Shown: positions 37,900-50,449 of the stretch, piece after piece | Layout: the number at the start of each line of letters is the position of its first letter | Numbering within the stretch: position 1 is the first letter of the stretch | Assembly (NCBI GenBank): GCA_964016885.1 | Contig: OZ024742.1 | Coordinates: forward strand, 274,412,001-274,476,000 | Reading direction: 5' to 3' | Length of the DNA: 64,000 bases | DNA from: Eledone cirrhosa | Taxonomy: Eukaryota | The notes under the pieces: model-generated | Told to the model about the DNA's origin: nothing | Database searches by the model: none | Seen by the model: only the letters and a program-made list of their open reading frames with translations | Translations under genes and position numbers: made by a program

Positions 37900-40740
37900 T
37901 TGGTTTTGGCTTCTGTATCTTATATGTATCCACAGTTAATTCATTTGGTCATCAATGCTTATCATTGACTGACCAACGGTCAAAATTACAGATATCATAT
38001 AGATATAAACACATATATAGTCTAACAAAGTTCTTTCGTTGCACATCTGCAACATCATCAGTGGTACTATTATGTTCCTCCTGTTGTATTGTATGTCTAT
38101 ACTATTTTTATTTTATCTGTTTGTTTATTTAATAATTTTTGTCTTCTCTGCGCATGCGTTTGCGTGTGTGTATAGTGTTTGGTGTGTGTTCGCATTTGGG
38201 TGACTGTGTTTTTGTTATTGTATTCTATCTTAGTTTACTAGTGTGTGTTTATATGTGTTTGTTGTTATTGTGCTTGTATATATATTTATTTATGTATTTA
38301 TTTATTTATTCATATTTCTCTTAAGTCAGTATTGTTTGTTTGGGTATTGTTGTTATTCCATTCATTTTATTCTGTTTAACTTTGGCCTTCTAAGCTCTAT
38401 TTAGCTTGCCTCCCTGATTTGCCTCTCTGCTGGGTCATTTCTATGTTTAGATATTATTTTAATTTCTATGCTGTCTATGTTGTTGTTGTCTGGAGTGTTA
38501 GTATAGTACTAGACCGTTTTTCGTCCTTTTAATTCTCCCCTGTGTTGGTCTATCCCTTATCCTATGCTTCGAGCTATCTTGCCTATGTATGTTGTTGTCA
38601 TGTTTCTGCAAGTACCCTCTGTACATCTTATGCTATAGACTACGTTTCTAGTTTTACAGTTTATCTGGGGGTTTACTTTACATATAAAACACTTCCTATT
38701 AGTACAGTGGGTTTTCTTAAAAGGATACGTGTTGCTGATCAGGGATTTTATGGTAGTTCCTGGCTTTTCTACCACTTTAATATTTAAGTGGGTCTTTCTC
38801 AGGGCCTTTCTACACTGGTTAGCTAATTTTCCTCCAGGGGTAATGTCCACGAACATGACACTCTGGTATTTCTGGTTGTCGTACCATGAGGTGGCCTTCC
38901 CTAACTTGTGTTTAGTCCTATGTAAGCTATTCCATGATTTGCTTCTGTATAATTGGCAAATTCCTTTCATGTCCAGTTCTATGAGGGTCTTAAACTTCTC
39001 CAGGGCTCCTTTGTATACCCTGATTCTGTCTCTTTGGTTATAGCTAGAGAACTGCATGCGATTGATGACGTGTTGTATGTATCTTTCCATTTCTGTTGGG
39101 TCGCACATGCGAGACACGTTCTTCATTACTCGTACCAAGTCTGCGATCAGAATATTAAGCTTAGCACTACTGGACATTGCTGAGATTAAGAATATCAGGT
39201 ATTTGGAGGCCATGGATTCAGCGTAGTGTGAGTGGAGAATTTGGGCCCTCTCGTCTATAGTGTTAATCCAAAGTTCCGTGTCTAATAAAGGTAATCTACT
39301 GTTAGGGTGTTTGGAAGTGTAGTCGATCGTTACAGTTATACTCTGGTGTATGGAGTTAGCTGTCTGCTGGATGCTTTCCATTGTGCTACATTCTAATTCA
39401 TATTCGTTAGTACTGTCTTGTGGGGGTTTCCTTATTACTATATTAATATCGTCTACGTAACAAGAGTACATGATGAGCTCTATGGAGCTCTCATCAAGGA
39501 GTTCTTTGAGTCTCCTTTACCACCATGCCATAAAGAGGTTGGCAACGTCACCAGCTATGCTGATGCCAATGGCTGCTCCCTCATTTTGGGTGTAGATCTT
39601 TTCGTTGAATTTGAATATGTTGCCCTTAGGGTAGTTTTAATACTAGCTTCTATTGCATGTGCGACCATTTTCTTATCTGATCATTGTTTTTTGGGGGTCC
39701 GTATGGCTTTGATCATCCCAATCCACCTTCCCATGGGAGTCTTTTTTGGCATTGAGGTTATGGTGGGGATTCTACCTCTTATGGGTCTACTGGGGTAGAA
39801 ACGGCTAAGATCATGGCTGTCTAGGTACACGGTGTCATAGGTAAGTCTAAGTAGGTGGCCCAGTTCATCTGTGTCGACATCGCAGAATGCCCACTCACTC
39901 TCACTAATCATCTCCAGACATTCTTCCACAGCAAATTCAACGTTAATGGTTGGGTATAGTGATACCACGTCCATACTGCCTATTATGCAGTTAGATAGGT
40001 TTTTGTTTTTGTTTTTGTTGCACTCATTGATTCTGCTGAGGAGGTCTTCTGTACTGTCACATATATCTGTGGACATCTTCATTATGGGGCGTATAACCAT
40101 TGAGAGGAAGTAGGAGATCCTGTATTTGCTAGCGATATTGGCTCCGCATACAAGTCTTGTTGGTGGTCCTGTTGTCGGGTCGTCGACTGTCTTATGGTCT
40201 TTGCAGAGACCATAAACAGGTGGTATGTCATTGTTAGACGCCTGGATGTTGTTGGCAGAGCATCTGCTTGGCTTTAGGATGTCTGTCCACATAATCATGT
40301 TAGCGTCGAGGATCTTCTCTTTCCCCTCATGGGTTTGTTGTGTGATTTCGCTCGTGTTGGTGATGTGGCGTTGCATAGCCTTGGTGTAGTTAGGCATGCT
40401 CTCTATCGACATTCTACTAGATTTATCTATGGGTAGACACACTACCTCACCATCCCTTGTGCGCTGATTGAGGATAACTAAGCCTTCTAAAGGTTTCCTT
40501 CCAAGTTGTTGGACCTCTTGTCTGTTTTGTCTCTTAGTATATCGGTCTACTATTTGTCTACTCTTATTTCTAGCGATGGTGAACTGTGCCTCTGTCTCGT
40601 CATCTATTTGTTGTGGTATACAAAACCTTTTATTAAAGGGTAACCTCGTAGCATAAATTTTACTCATCTTATATGTTTTGTCAGCTGGGTTGCAGTATAG
40701 TTTCTCTAATGGGTTGTCATTATATCTATCGTCATATTTG
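37900..40740 (-). mobile_element. Penelope-like element, degenerate RT plus GIY-YIG with 3' pLTR
   Basis: ORF pieces 39681-40667 (IDKSSR, YGLCKDHK, PTRLV, GSMDVVSLYP), GAAIGISIAGDVANLFM, and 38557-39471 (YVDD, LPLLDTELW, CKTRNVVYSIRC..YIG..ARSIG). Related to 7706-9290. Confidence 0.92.
38024..38065 (-). ncRNA. Minimal hammerhead in the pLTR of the adjacent PLE
   Basis: ACCA-CTGATGA-t-GTTGCA gatg TGCAAC-GAAA-GAAC-TT-TGTT; same GAAAGAACTTTG as the 7869 and 9066 motifs. Confidence 0.72.
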
Positions 40741-41279
40741 ATTGTTATATATAATTGTTATATATATATATATATATATGTGTATCTGCAGTTGTGAATG
40801 TGTGTCTACAACGTTTCGCTAGCCAACAGAAACATGTCTGATACAATGTACTACTCTCCTCTTAACACCTCCACCAGTAGAAAAATGAGTCAAAATAAAA
40901 AAGTAATTAGGTTCTGCCTACACTTCTCACCCGATATTAGGAACCCATGTAGATATTAAATTCTTAGCACTCCTAGACGAGCACTTACGATAGGTCATAA
41001 ATACTTATCTATCTCCTATAGATGTATATATGTATGTTATATTAGAAGTGAAAATGATATGATTAGATAAAATAAAGTAAAATGCCAGAGATGAAAGAAA
41101 TTTAGTGAGAGAAATAGAGAGATAGAAAGTGAAAGATAGAGATACATAAAATGTGAATGTAAATATAAGAGGTTTTGATGTTGGTTAATTGATAGACGGT
41201 GACAGTTATAACAATAATGATGATGATGTGATATTATAATAGATCTAAGTGGTACAATTTGGGTTATGGAATAGATAAG

Positions 41280-42720
41280 ATGAATTAAGCTGGTCTAAAG
41301 TTCTCAAATTTGGTCGGCGTTTTATACCTACAGTAAATAGTTCTTTCAATGTTACTGTTAAGTAGCATTTTGTTGTAATTTAAAATTTGGAAAAAGTTCC
41401 ATATTACAAAGACCACAGTGGGACATGCTAATTCAATATGCCGTTGCTGTTGATAGCTTCGTTCAGCTGATTTTATATTCGATGTTTGCATCTCTGAGTT
41501 GCCAGATTTTATTGGCGAGAGTTGTTGTATTTATGAGCTTCCTGTTATTCATAGAGTGTGGATGGACACACCACCTTTTCTTAAATTCTCCAGCTGTGGA
41601 TCCTATGTAGTGCCACGCTAAGCTATCTGAATGTATAGTATATAGGTATACTATATTTGACACTAGGCATCTATTTTGTAATGGGCATTTGTCAGGTAGA
41701 TGACAATTACATGTGTCGGTTCTTCTATATGGTTTTGTAAATTGTTATGAATGGGCTGAGAATTGGGTTTGTTGATGTATTGTGGTGATGTGTTCTGACG
41801 TGTGTTTGGTTGTGATGAAGTTATATGCTTATGTTTTGTATTTGGTGTTATGGTACTTATTTTCGGGCTACTTGTATTATAAATTATTTTATAGTTAATT
41901 TTATGTATGTGCGATTCTATGTTGTTGGCAGTGGAGTATGATAGTTTGATAGTTTTTCTATTAACGATTTTATAATATTTATGAATTTTAGGGAAGTGTT
42001 TGTCAACTAATTTTAAGAAAGTATAAGGTAGTTTTGTTTTTATAGAGGAGTTAAACACTGGCTTGAACCATAAGTACTTTCTATCTCTGCATCTTCTATA
42101 GTTATTAGTGGTCTTTCTATTAGTATTATGTTCAATTAATTCACGTGTTTATTGCCGATTTCTATGTTTAGTCCTAGATGTGTTGCTTCTATAGGTGTGG
42201 ATAGTGTTATTTCTATTAAATGTGTTGTTATTTTTTGTATTTGGTATGTATTTGAGTCTCTCTTTATGCCCTTAAGTAAAGCTATGTTGTAGTAGTTAGC
42301 GTGTTCGTTAAAAATCGCTAGATTAGAAGATAGGCGTAAGATTCTAAGGGGTATACTATGTGCTATGGAATTAATTATGGATCGAGTGTGATTAGAGTTA
42401 TAATTAATGTAAGCTAAATTTTCATTATTTTTATGGAAGGGTTCTATTAGTCCTGTGGTCAGGTTGAGCGATACATCTAAGAAGTTAGCTTTTTTAGAGT
42501 TGGGATCAAAAGTGATGTTAAGGCCTAATTTATTAAAGAATTTTCTAATCGTTTTCCTAATAAATTAGTCTTTAACATCAATTTTGAACTCAACTCTAAA
42601 AAAGCTAACTTCTTAGATCTATCGCTCAACCTGAACACTGGACTCATAGAACCCTTCCATAAAAATACTGAAAATTTAGCTTACATTAATTATAACTCTC
42701 ATCACCCTCAAACCATTTTC
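41280..42720 (-). mobile_element. Naiad-like Penelope fragment (RT7, thumb, GIY-YIG) with 5' inversion
   Basis: ANFLDVSLNL, WFKPVFN..FLKLVDKHFP...KTIKLSYST, CNCHLPDKCPLQNRC..NIVY, YIGST..FKKRW. ~42570-42720 is inverted relative to ~42375-42525. Confidence 0.88.
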
Positions 42721-42870
42721 ATTGATTATTTGCTCCAGGAAGCTGTTGGGCGATCTAAATCAGCTATAAACATTTATACCTTTATTTATTTAATATTTCT
42801 CGTATTCCCAACTTTTGAATACCCCTTCGACCTTTTTATTTATATTTATATATATTTATATATTTATATT

Positions 42871-43032
<162 letters not shown>

Positions 43033-43159
43033 TGTGTGTTTGTGTGTGTTTGTGTGTGTGTGTGTATATATATGTCTATATGTGTATATATACATGTATG
43101 TATTTTGTGTGCGTGTATATGTATTTGTATGTATACACGTTTATGTGTATATGTTTGTA

Positions 43160-43230
43160 CTGTATATATTCAGGTGTGTGTATTTTTCTGTGTATGTGTA
43201 TATATGTATGTGGTTGTGTATGCATGTATA

Positions 43231-43283
<53 letters not shown>

Positions 43284-43385
43284 GCATACGCATGTATATA
43301 TATGTATATATATATATACAGGCATACACAACCACATACATAGATACACATACACAGAAAAATACACACACCTAAATATATATAT
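43160..43385. repeat. ~220-bp foldback built from TG/TA low-complexity sequence
   Basis: aggtgtgtgtatttttctgtgtatgtgta...gtggttgtgtatgc is mirrored by gcatacacaaccac...tacacagaaaaatacacacacct around a (TA)n centre. Confidence 0.85.
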
Positions 43386-43387
43386 AT

Positions 43388-44278
43388 ACATTATATTAAT
43401 AAATGGAAACTATATTTATAAAACCATAATTATTTTATTATATATATTTCACGGGCAACCAAGTTGCTATTGAAAATTATCAAATTATTTCTTTAGGCTA
43501 ACTAATAATTTAATACTTTCGAAATTAATATTTTTTGAAATTTTTTCTTTCCAATACTCTAAACACTTTTAAATATTTTAAATATTTTTTATATTTTAAG
43601 TATTTAACTACTTCCTAATAATTCTGAATACTTCTTTATATTTCGAATAATTTAGGTCCTGATTATAATTTACAAATAGGTTGCAAACATTATAAATGAT
43701 TTGTGTATATTAGGAGTTTTCTGGGATTTCTAAAAATTTTCTAAAAAATCTCTTAACACTTCTTTATAGGTTTTATAATCTTAATAGTTATAGTCAGAAT
43801 TTCTAAATGGTTTTAGTATATACTTTTAATTAAGTAATTTTTCGTAACCTTGATAATTTTTCCTAAGTACGTAAGACTTGATTTACAACTGGTAATAAAT
43901 TCTGGCTAAGTATATTTTTGTCAAACCCATCTCATAATAACTAATAAATAAACAAATCTTGATTTTCAATGTTTTTTTCAATCTAAAACATTATACAGTT
44001 AATTAATTTATCATATAATTTTAAATGCATCTTTAATGTAATGTATCCTTATTTTGGAATTTAACACTATTTTTAATTCATCATTATCATTAATTTAGCA
44101 TTTTTATCTTATCATATTTTTTAATATAAACATAACAAAATATGTATTTACGAGATATGGATTCATCACTCGTTCCTCTTCAACTTTTTTCATCATTACT
44201 ATACATATGGTTTCTTTTCTTTTCTCTCTCTTGTTTCTTCCTCTCTCTTTCTTTCTTCTCTCTTTTCCTTTCTCTTTT

Positions 44279-44319
<41 letters not shown>

Positions 44320-44743
44320 CCCCCCCCATCTCTCTCTCTCTCTCTCTCATCTTTTCCTCTCTCTCTCTTCGTCCAACAGTAAACATTTAAATAAACCGTT
44401 GTTTTTTTCAATTTTTTCGGACATTCATTTGCATACTCACACATAACTTTGAATCACACTCAATAAAATGTTTCCACTATCCAGTCAACCTCCAACCGTC
44501 AAGGTTGTTCTTCGGTGGGTATGTCAACATTTATAAAACAAATTTTGTATTTTATCTGATGAAAGCACACCAAAATGTGCCTTGGTTGCCCTTGAAATAT
44601 ATATAATAAAATAATTATGGTTTTATAAATATAGTTTCCATTTATTAATATAATGAATATTTACACCAGTTATTTGTTGAGTGCTTTATATCAGTTATAA
44701 AACTTTTAAGTTTCTTGAATTCCAACAAATTAAATAAAACCTT

Positions 44744-44748
<5 letters not shown>
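43388..44748 (+). mobile_element. Family A non-autonomous PLE-like element (truncated inverted pLTR, AT-rich body, pLTR)
   Basis: ~43388-43463 is an inverted pLTR end cut inside HHR stem II. pLTR ~44360-44745 matches 19490-19777. Body is homologous to 18840-19400. Confidence 0.8.
44548..44613 (+). ncRNA. Hammerhead ribozyme (family A)
   Basis: TATTTTAT-CTGATGA-AAG..ACCAA...TTGGT..CTT-GAAA-TATATA-TA-ATAAAATA. Confidence 0.78.
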
Positions 44749-44796
<48 letters not shown>

Positions 44797-45079
44797 TTAT
44801 TTCATCTTGTGCATTTGCTTACCACCTGCGTTTGTTTATTTATTTTTATTTGTGTCTTTCTCCTTTCTGTATCGCTGTCAATGTTTATTTTCTTAATTCT
44901 TATTTTTTATATTTTTTTATTTTGTATGTGACGGCCTAATTGAGTATATGGTTCATTGATTTTTATTTATTCTTATAATTATATGTGTTTGTGCGTATGT
45001 AGGTATATATATCTATATATTTGTGTGCGTATGTATGTGTGTATATGTGTGTATGTATGTGTGTGTATGTATGTGTGTG

Positions 45080-45175
<96 letters not shown>

Positions 45176-45280
45176 CATATAGCTCTAGTTTTTTAACTAT
45201 TGAGTGCTTGCCAGCATTTCTACGATTTTGCGTTTCGTTTCGTTTCTCTTTTTCTACCAGCCGAAATACGATTCTCGCTG

Positions 45281-45341
<61 letters not shown>

Positions 45342-45440
45342 AAATTAGAATTGGAGCTCTGTATAATCAGTTCCTGATTATTTACTAGAATTCTAAAAGA
45401 ATATAACATCTGTGATCTCAGCAGGCGGGAGGGAGTAGTT

Positions 45441-45486
45441 GGCCTTGATAAGCATCAACGAATGCAGAAACAAGGCCTTGTCGGCT
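45441..45486 (+). ncRNA. Hammerhead with U3:A8 covariant core, in a solo unit related to the 314-bp family (~45350-45606)
   Basis: GGCC-TTGATAA-GCAT caacga ATGC-a-GAAA-CAA ggcc TTG-TC-GGCT, enclosed by atctcagcaggcgggaggga / tctccccctgtttgctgagat. Confidence 0.72.
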
Positions 45487-46222
45487 TTATCTCCCCCTGT
45501 TTGCTGAGATTAAAGTAAGTGAGTCTCTAAAACAATAGCATACGGTCTTCAAAATGCTTTTAATAAGCATAAAGTGCATTGCAAAATACACTATATATAC
45601 ATTCATATATATATATATATATATATAAAACATGAAAAGAAAGAAGAATACTGCGTGGTTGCACATAGGTTACATATGATAAAATTAGTCCTTCGTCAGT
45701 GATTTGCCAACCATCATTGATATTTCATCGCATTAAAAATCATATACCTCAGGTTGGTGCGAGCAGTAACTAAACAAAGTTATTGGGACCAGTAAATCGC
45801 GTAAAGCGAGGGGGGCAAGTAAACAACATGGAAGGATAAAAGCAAACCAAAGATAGGAAAATAAACAAGCAACATGGTTGTCCGGTCAGCATAAACTGGG
45901 TGGATTTCATGAGCGATCAAGATACAGACCGTCCGACGTGAGTGAGATGTGAGCAAGAACCCACTACTAGCCAAACGGGAGGAAGTGAGAAGGGGAGAAA
46001 CAGAGAGTGAGTGAGTGGAAGTGCGAGGAAGTGGTCAGTCGAGAGAAAGTGGTCAGTTGAGAGAAAGTGGTCAGTCGAGAGAAAGTGTAACTGACAGAGG
46101 GGGCGAAAGAAGGTGAGAGCAACAGAGAGAACAGGGAAGCAGTAAGAGAGAAACAGACAAACGCATATATATATATGTGTGTGAGTGTGTGTGTATACAT
46201 ATGTATATAAATATCTGTACAC

Positions 46223-46288
<66 letters not shown>

Positions 46289-46399
46289 GTGTACAGATAT
46301 TTTTGCATACACAATAACAAAATATAAACAAACGTATTTATTTCACGAGGCTCGATAAGGATAAACATATATCAAATATATAAGAACCTTAGAGCAAAT

Positions 46400-46430
46400 C
46401 CCGAACAACGCCGGGCAATTCTGCTGCTAG
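46400..46430 (+). mobile_element. Helitron 3' terminus
   Basis: CCCG aacaacgc CGGG hairpin followed by CTAG|T. Confidence 0.7.
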
Positions 46431-46575
46431 TATATATAATAAACCGTTTGTTTTCATACGCTTCAGCCGCGCGTTGTGCTGCTACCACAGTTGTTATGAC
46501 TACCTGATAATACTCTCTTTCTCTATATCTTGTGTATGAAATAGACGATCATACATTTATATGTATAAATATAAT

Positions 46576-46683
46576 TGTTTCTACTTTTGGCACAAGGCCA
46601 GCAATTATCCAATACGTTACTGGTACTTTATTTTATCGACCCCGTAAGGATGAAAGGCAAAGTTAACCTCGGCGGGATTTGAA
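46576..46683 (-). mobile_element. tRNA-derived SINE, 5'-truncated
   Basis: SINE core; TSD atatgtataaatataat at 46559-46575 and 46684-46700. Confidence 0.9.
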
Positions 46684-46879
46684 ATATGTATAAATATAAT
46701 AAGACAAAATAGCCACACTTACAGACATGCATTCACTGATTCTTAAGTGGTAATAGGTATTTTTAACGCTATATCACATCGATTATGTATCATTATATAT
46801 ATAAGCGTTCATAATATTCCGTCTCTCATTTATTTCAACTTCCTCCTCCTCCCCTAAATATACTGAACTATTTCGACAT

Positions 46880-49772
46880 CACTCAAGCAGGACATTCTTT
46901 ACTCCTTAAGATACGTGCATATAACAATGTCCCTGCCTTAGCTTCAATTGGTTGCAAACTTATGAGTACCCCAGGATTTAGTCCCACATTTAAGATCCAA
47001 GATAAGACCAAGATTTACGCTACTCTACTTCTATGATCATGAGCTTCAGAATTGTTTGCATCATGTTAATTTAGATGTTGCCGTGCTGCAGGAGCTACAA
47101 GACGTCTTGCCCTACGGCAACACCTATATAAGAAACTTCAATGCAGACATTGAAATGCCAGTCTCTGAAAATGTGAATATTTTCCTTCATGCTGACAAAA
47201 TAAAACACACTGATTTTCATTGTCGCACTTATAATCTTCCTATGGTATCTGAGATTGCATTAAGTGCTTGGATGTCATCATTCATAAAAGATATGATGGT
47301 CTTCAGAGGATTCATCAGTTTCACCTTTATTATGATCCTCTGTATTATGTGTTCCTGTTTCCTTGGGGGAATGATGGGTTGTAGGTTGGTTTGAAAAGGA
47401 TTGACAAAAACCACGCACTCACACCCACTGATTTCTACTGTTAACGGTTTCAGGTTAGGCAATATGCTGTTGATGCAACAATATGGTGTAGATGTCCATG
47501 AAAAAATAGAACATTGTCGACTCAAATGGACCCACACAAATCAAACCATGATACGAGATCAAAATTATGAGTGTTTGTACAATGCTGTGGCTGAAGGAGA
47601 TTTAGTTATTGCAGGCTGGAGATTTGTTCTTCCTCCTTCAATCTATGGGTCCCATCGCTTCTACATTAATTGCTTCCAGAATTCAATAAATGCGGTTGGA
47701 CACATGGGAAAGCCATCCTTTTTCATCACAGTAACAGCTAACCCCAACTGGGATGAAATAAAAAATAATTTGCACCCTGGTGAAGAAACTAGGGACCGTT
47801 CCGATATTTGTGCAAGAGTCTTCAAGATTAAGTATGACAGCCTCATGGATGACATAATGAAAATACATGTCCTAGTAAAGGTTGTGGCTTATTCTGCTAC
47901 AAAAGAGTGGCAAAAATGAGGCTTCACTCATATTAGTATTCTAGTGATAATGGCTGAAAATAGCAAGCCAAGAACTGTAGATGCCATTGATCAGGTAGTG
48001 TACTGTGAGATTCCTGAAAAAGGGACTAATCCAATTCTGCATAAAAGCATCACTTCCTGCAACATTCATGGCCCTGGTGGACAAGCTAATATGATGTGTT
48101 CATATATCGAACGGCTAGGACTACAACGCCATTGATCAGAATGTTTTCCTAAGGCATTCAGACAAACTAAATTGTTGGCCGAAAATTCCTTTCCGGAGTA
48201 TAGAAGAAGGGATAGACAGCATGGTGGTCACACCCATACAATCCAACTTAAAGGTCAAGAATTAACCGTTGGATTGTTCCATACCAACCTTTCCTCTCAT
48301 TGCGATATCAGTGCCACTTCAATTGTGAGGTTGTCCTCTGTGCCAAGAATGTTAAATACGTATATAATTACATCACAAAAGTATCATACACGATCACTTT
48401 CATCATTAAGCATGGTCAAGGAATTAGTGAACATGTACAAAATGAGATTGAGACCTATATCAATGCACGGTACATCAGAGCCAAGTGAATCATTCTGGAG
48501 AATCTATAAATTTCCGTTAAATCAAAGGAAACCGCAGGTTGAAACGATGGCTTGCCATTTACCTGCGGAACAAATGGTCGTGTATGAGCTAGGGTAGGAA
48601 GAAAGTGTGGTTTCTAGGAGACAGCCAATGACTATATGTTGACGGAATATTTCCACCTGAATATTATAGACCTACAGGCACAAAATATATTGTATATTGA
48701 TATTCCTAAATATTTCACTTGGACAAACAAAATGTAGCAAAGAAGTAAAAAGGAACATCTGGATCGTGATCAACAATTTATGAGTGAATCTCTTGGAAGG
48801 ATTCCAACAATATCTTTCAGTAGACATCAATCGGAATTATATTACAGGATGTAGGATGATCCTACATCACAAGGTTGGGTCAACTTGAAACAAAGATTTG
48901 AAGACAATTGAAGGAGTTGAATTTCCCACATTCCAAGAAGCATCAAGTAAACTTATTCTGTTGAATGAAGATGGAGAAAAAGACAAATGTATGGAAGACG
49001 CCTCATACATTACGCGTCGTCCTCAACTGCAAGAGATCTTCTGCAACATTTTATTCTACTGCATACTAAATGACCCTCTGCAGTGCTTGAAGAAATGAAA
49101 GAATTGTCTTGCACATGCATGAACGTCCTGAGCAAGTCATGTCCATGCAAACCATGCAGATCGTTCTACAGAAGATCCAACGAAAACTTCAGCATGATGG
49201 CTTAGACATTCATGTCAACTAAGAGCTTCCTCGGCCAGACACTACTAGTATTGCCATACCAGAAATCAACAGGGTTCTTATGGCAGGAACTGATTTCAAT
49301 ACACAACGACTGAAAGCAAACATAAATGAATTTCTACCAACATTAAATCCTGAGTAACTGATTATATTTCACAAAGTAATCACCTCTGTATATGAAAATG
49401 AAGGTAGAATCTTCTACTTGAATGCAAGTATAGTCACAGGAAAGACCTGTCATCAACATCATATTGGATTAACTCCGATCTCTAAAACAGATTGCACTTG
49501 CCTCTGTCATATCTGGAAGAGCAGCCACTTTGCTTCACAAAGGTCAAATTCTTCATTCCGAGTGCAAGATTCCTCTCATTGTGACTGCTGAATCAACTTG
49601 CTTCTTCACAAAGCGGGTTGCCATAGGAAAACTTATCCAGCAGGCTGACCCGCTGATTATTGATAGATAAGTATGGGACATAAGAATATCCTCGAATGCC
49701 TTGATAGGAGCTTCAAAGATATTCGAGATTGCAAGAAGACATTTGGTGGTCTAACAGTATTACTATATGGGA
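46880..49772 (+). pseudogene. Degenerate Helitron RepHel (HUH Rep plus Pif1-like helicase N-terminal part)
   Basis: RAYNN..LASIG, YDPLYYVFLFPWGNDG, VLPPSIYGS, GKPSFFITVTANPNWDEI, EWQK*GFTH (HUH), NIHGP, PEYRRR, HFNCE..VKYVYNYITK, Walker A-like ..TGKT, SGRAATLL, LDRSFKDIR...FGGLTVLL. Many stops. Confidence 0.93.
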
Positions 49773-50449
49773 CAAATAGGGGCTAAAGGTCAATGCTGAC
49801 TACGATATAGACAATAAGGAGATAAAATAAAACAAAAAATGGAACAACATATTATAGACATAATAAAAACAAAACCTATAAAAATATACATATGTGCATA
49901 CACATATATTCACATATATATACATACATATGCGCACAAAGAGACATACATACCCTTACATGTATATACACCCCCGCATATAGATAAATATATATATACT
50001 AAATATATTGTCTGCAAAAATGAGAAATGTGGATCAAGGAAAATTATACTTGAAATCAAGGATGTATGAACAAGTGGGATATGTGCCCATAAGTTGTGAT
50101 TGTATAAGTGTGTGTTTACCTAGGCGTACGTTTCACAATATGTAAGATGTTAGTGTTCTGTAGTAAATATATGGTGAAGTCCCAATGCATGTGTTCGTTC
50201 AAAAATTTGCTATTTATGCATGGAGAGTGTTTTAATTTACGTGTGCGTCTTATATTGTATACGATGTTATGTATTATTGTATTATTGCGTAGTATTTACA
50301 TGGGAAAGACTCCATGGATGTGTTCGTTTAAAGAAATGTTAATATGAGCATGCAGATTGGGCCGAAAGTAGAGTTCACGTGTTCAGCGAACCAGCGGGCT
50401 ACCCCATTGCACGGATAGCGCCTGCCTCTATTGTGTGCATGTACCAACC

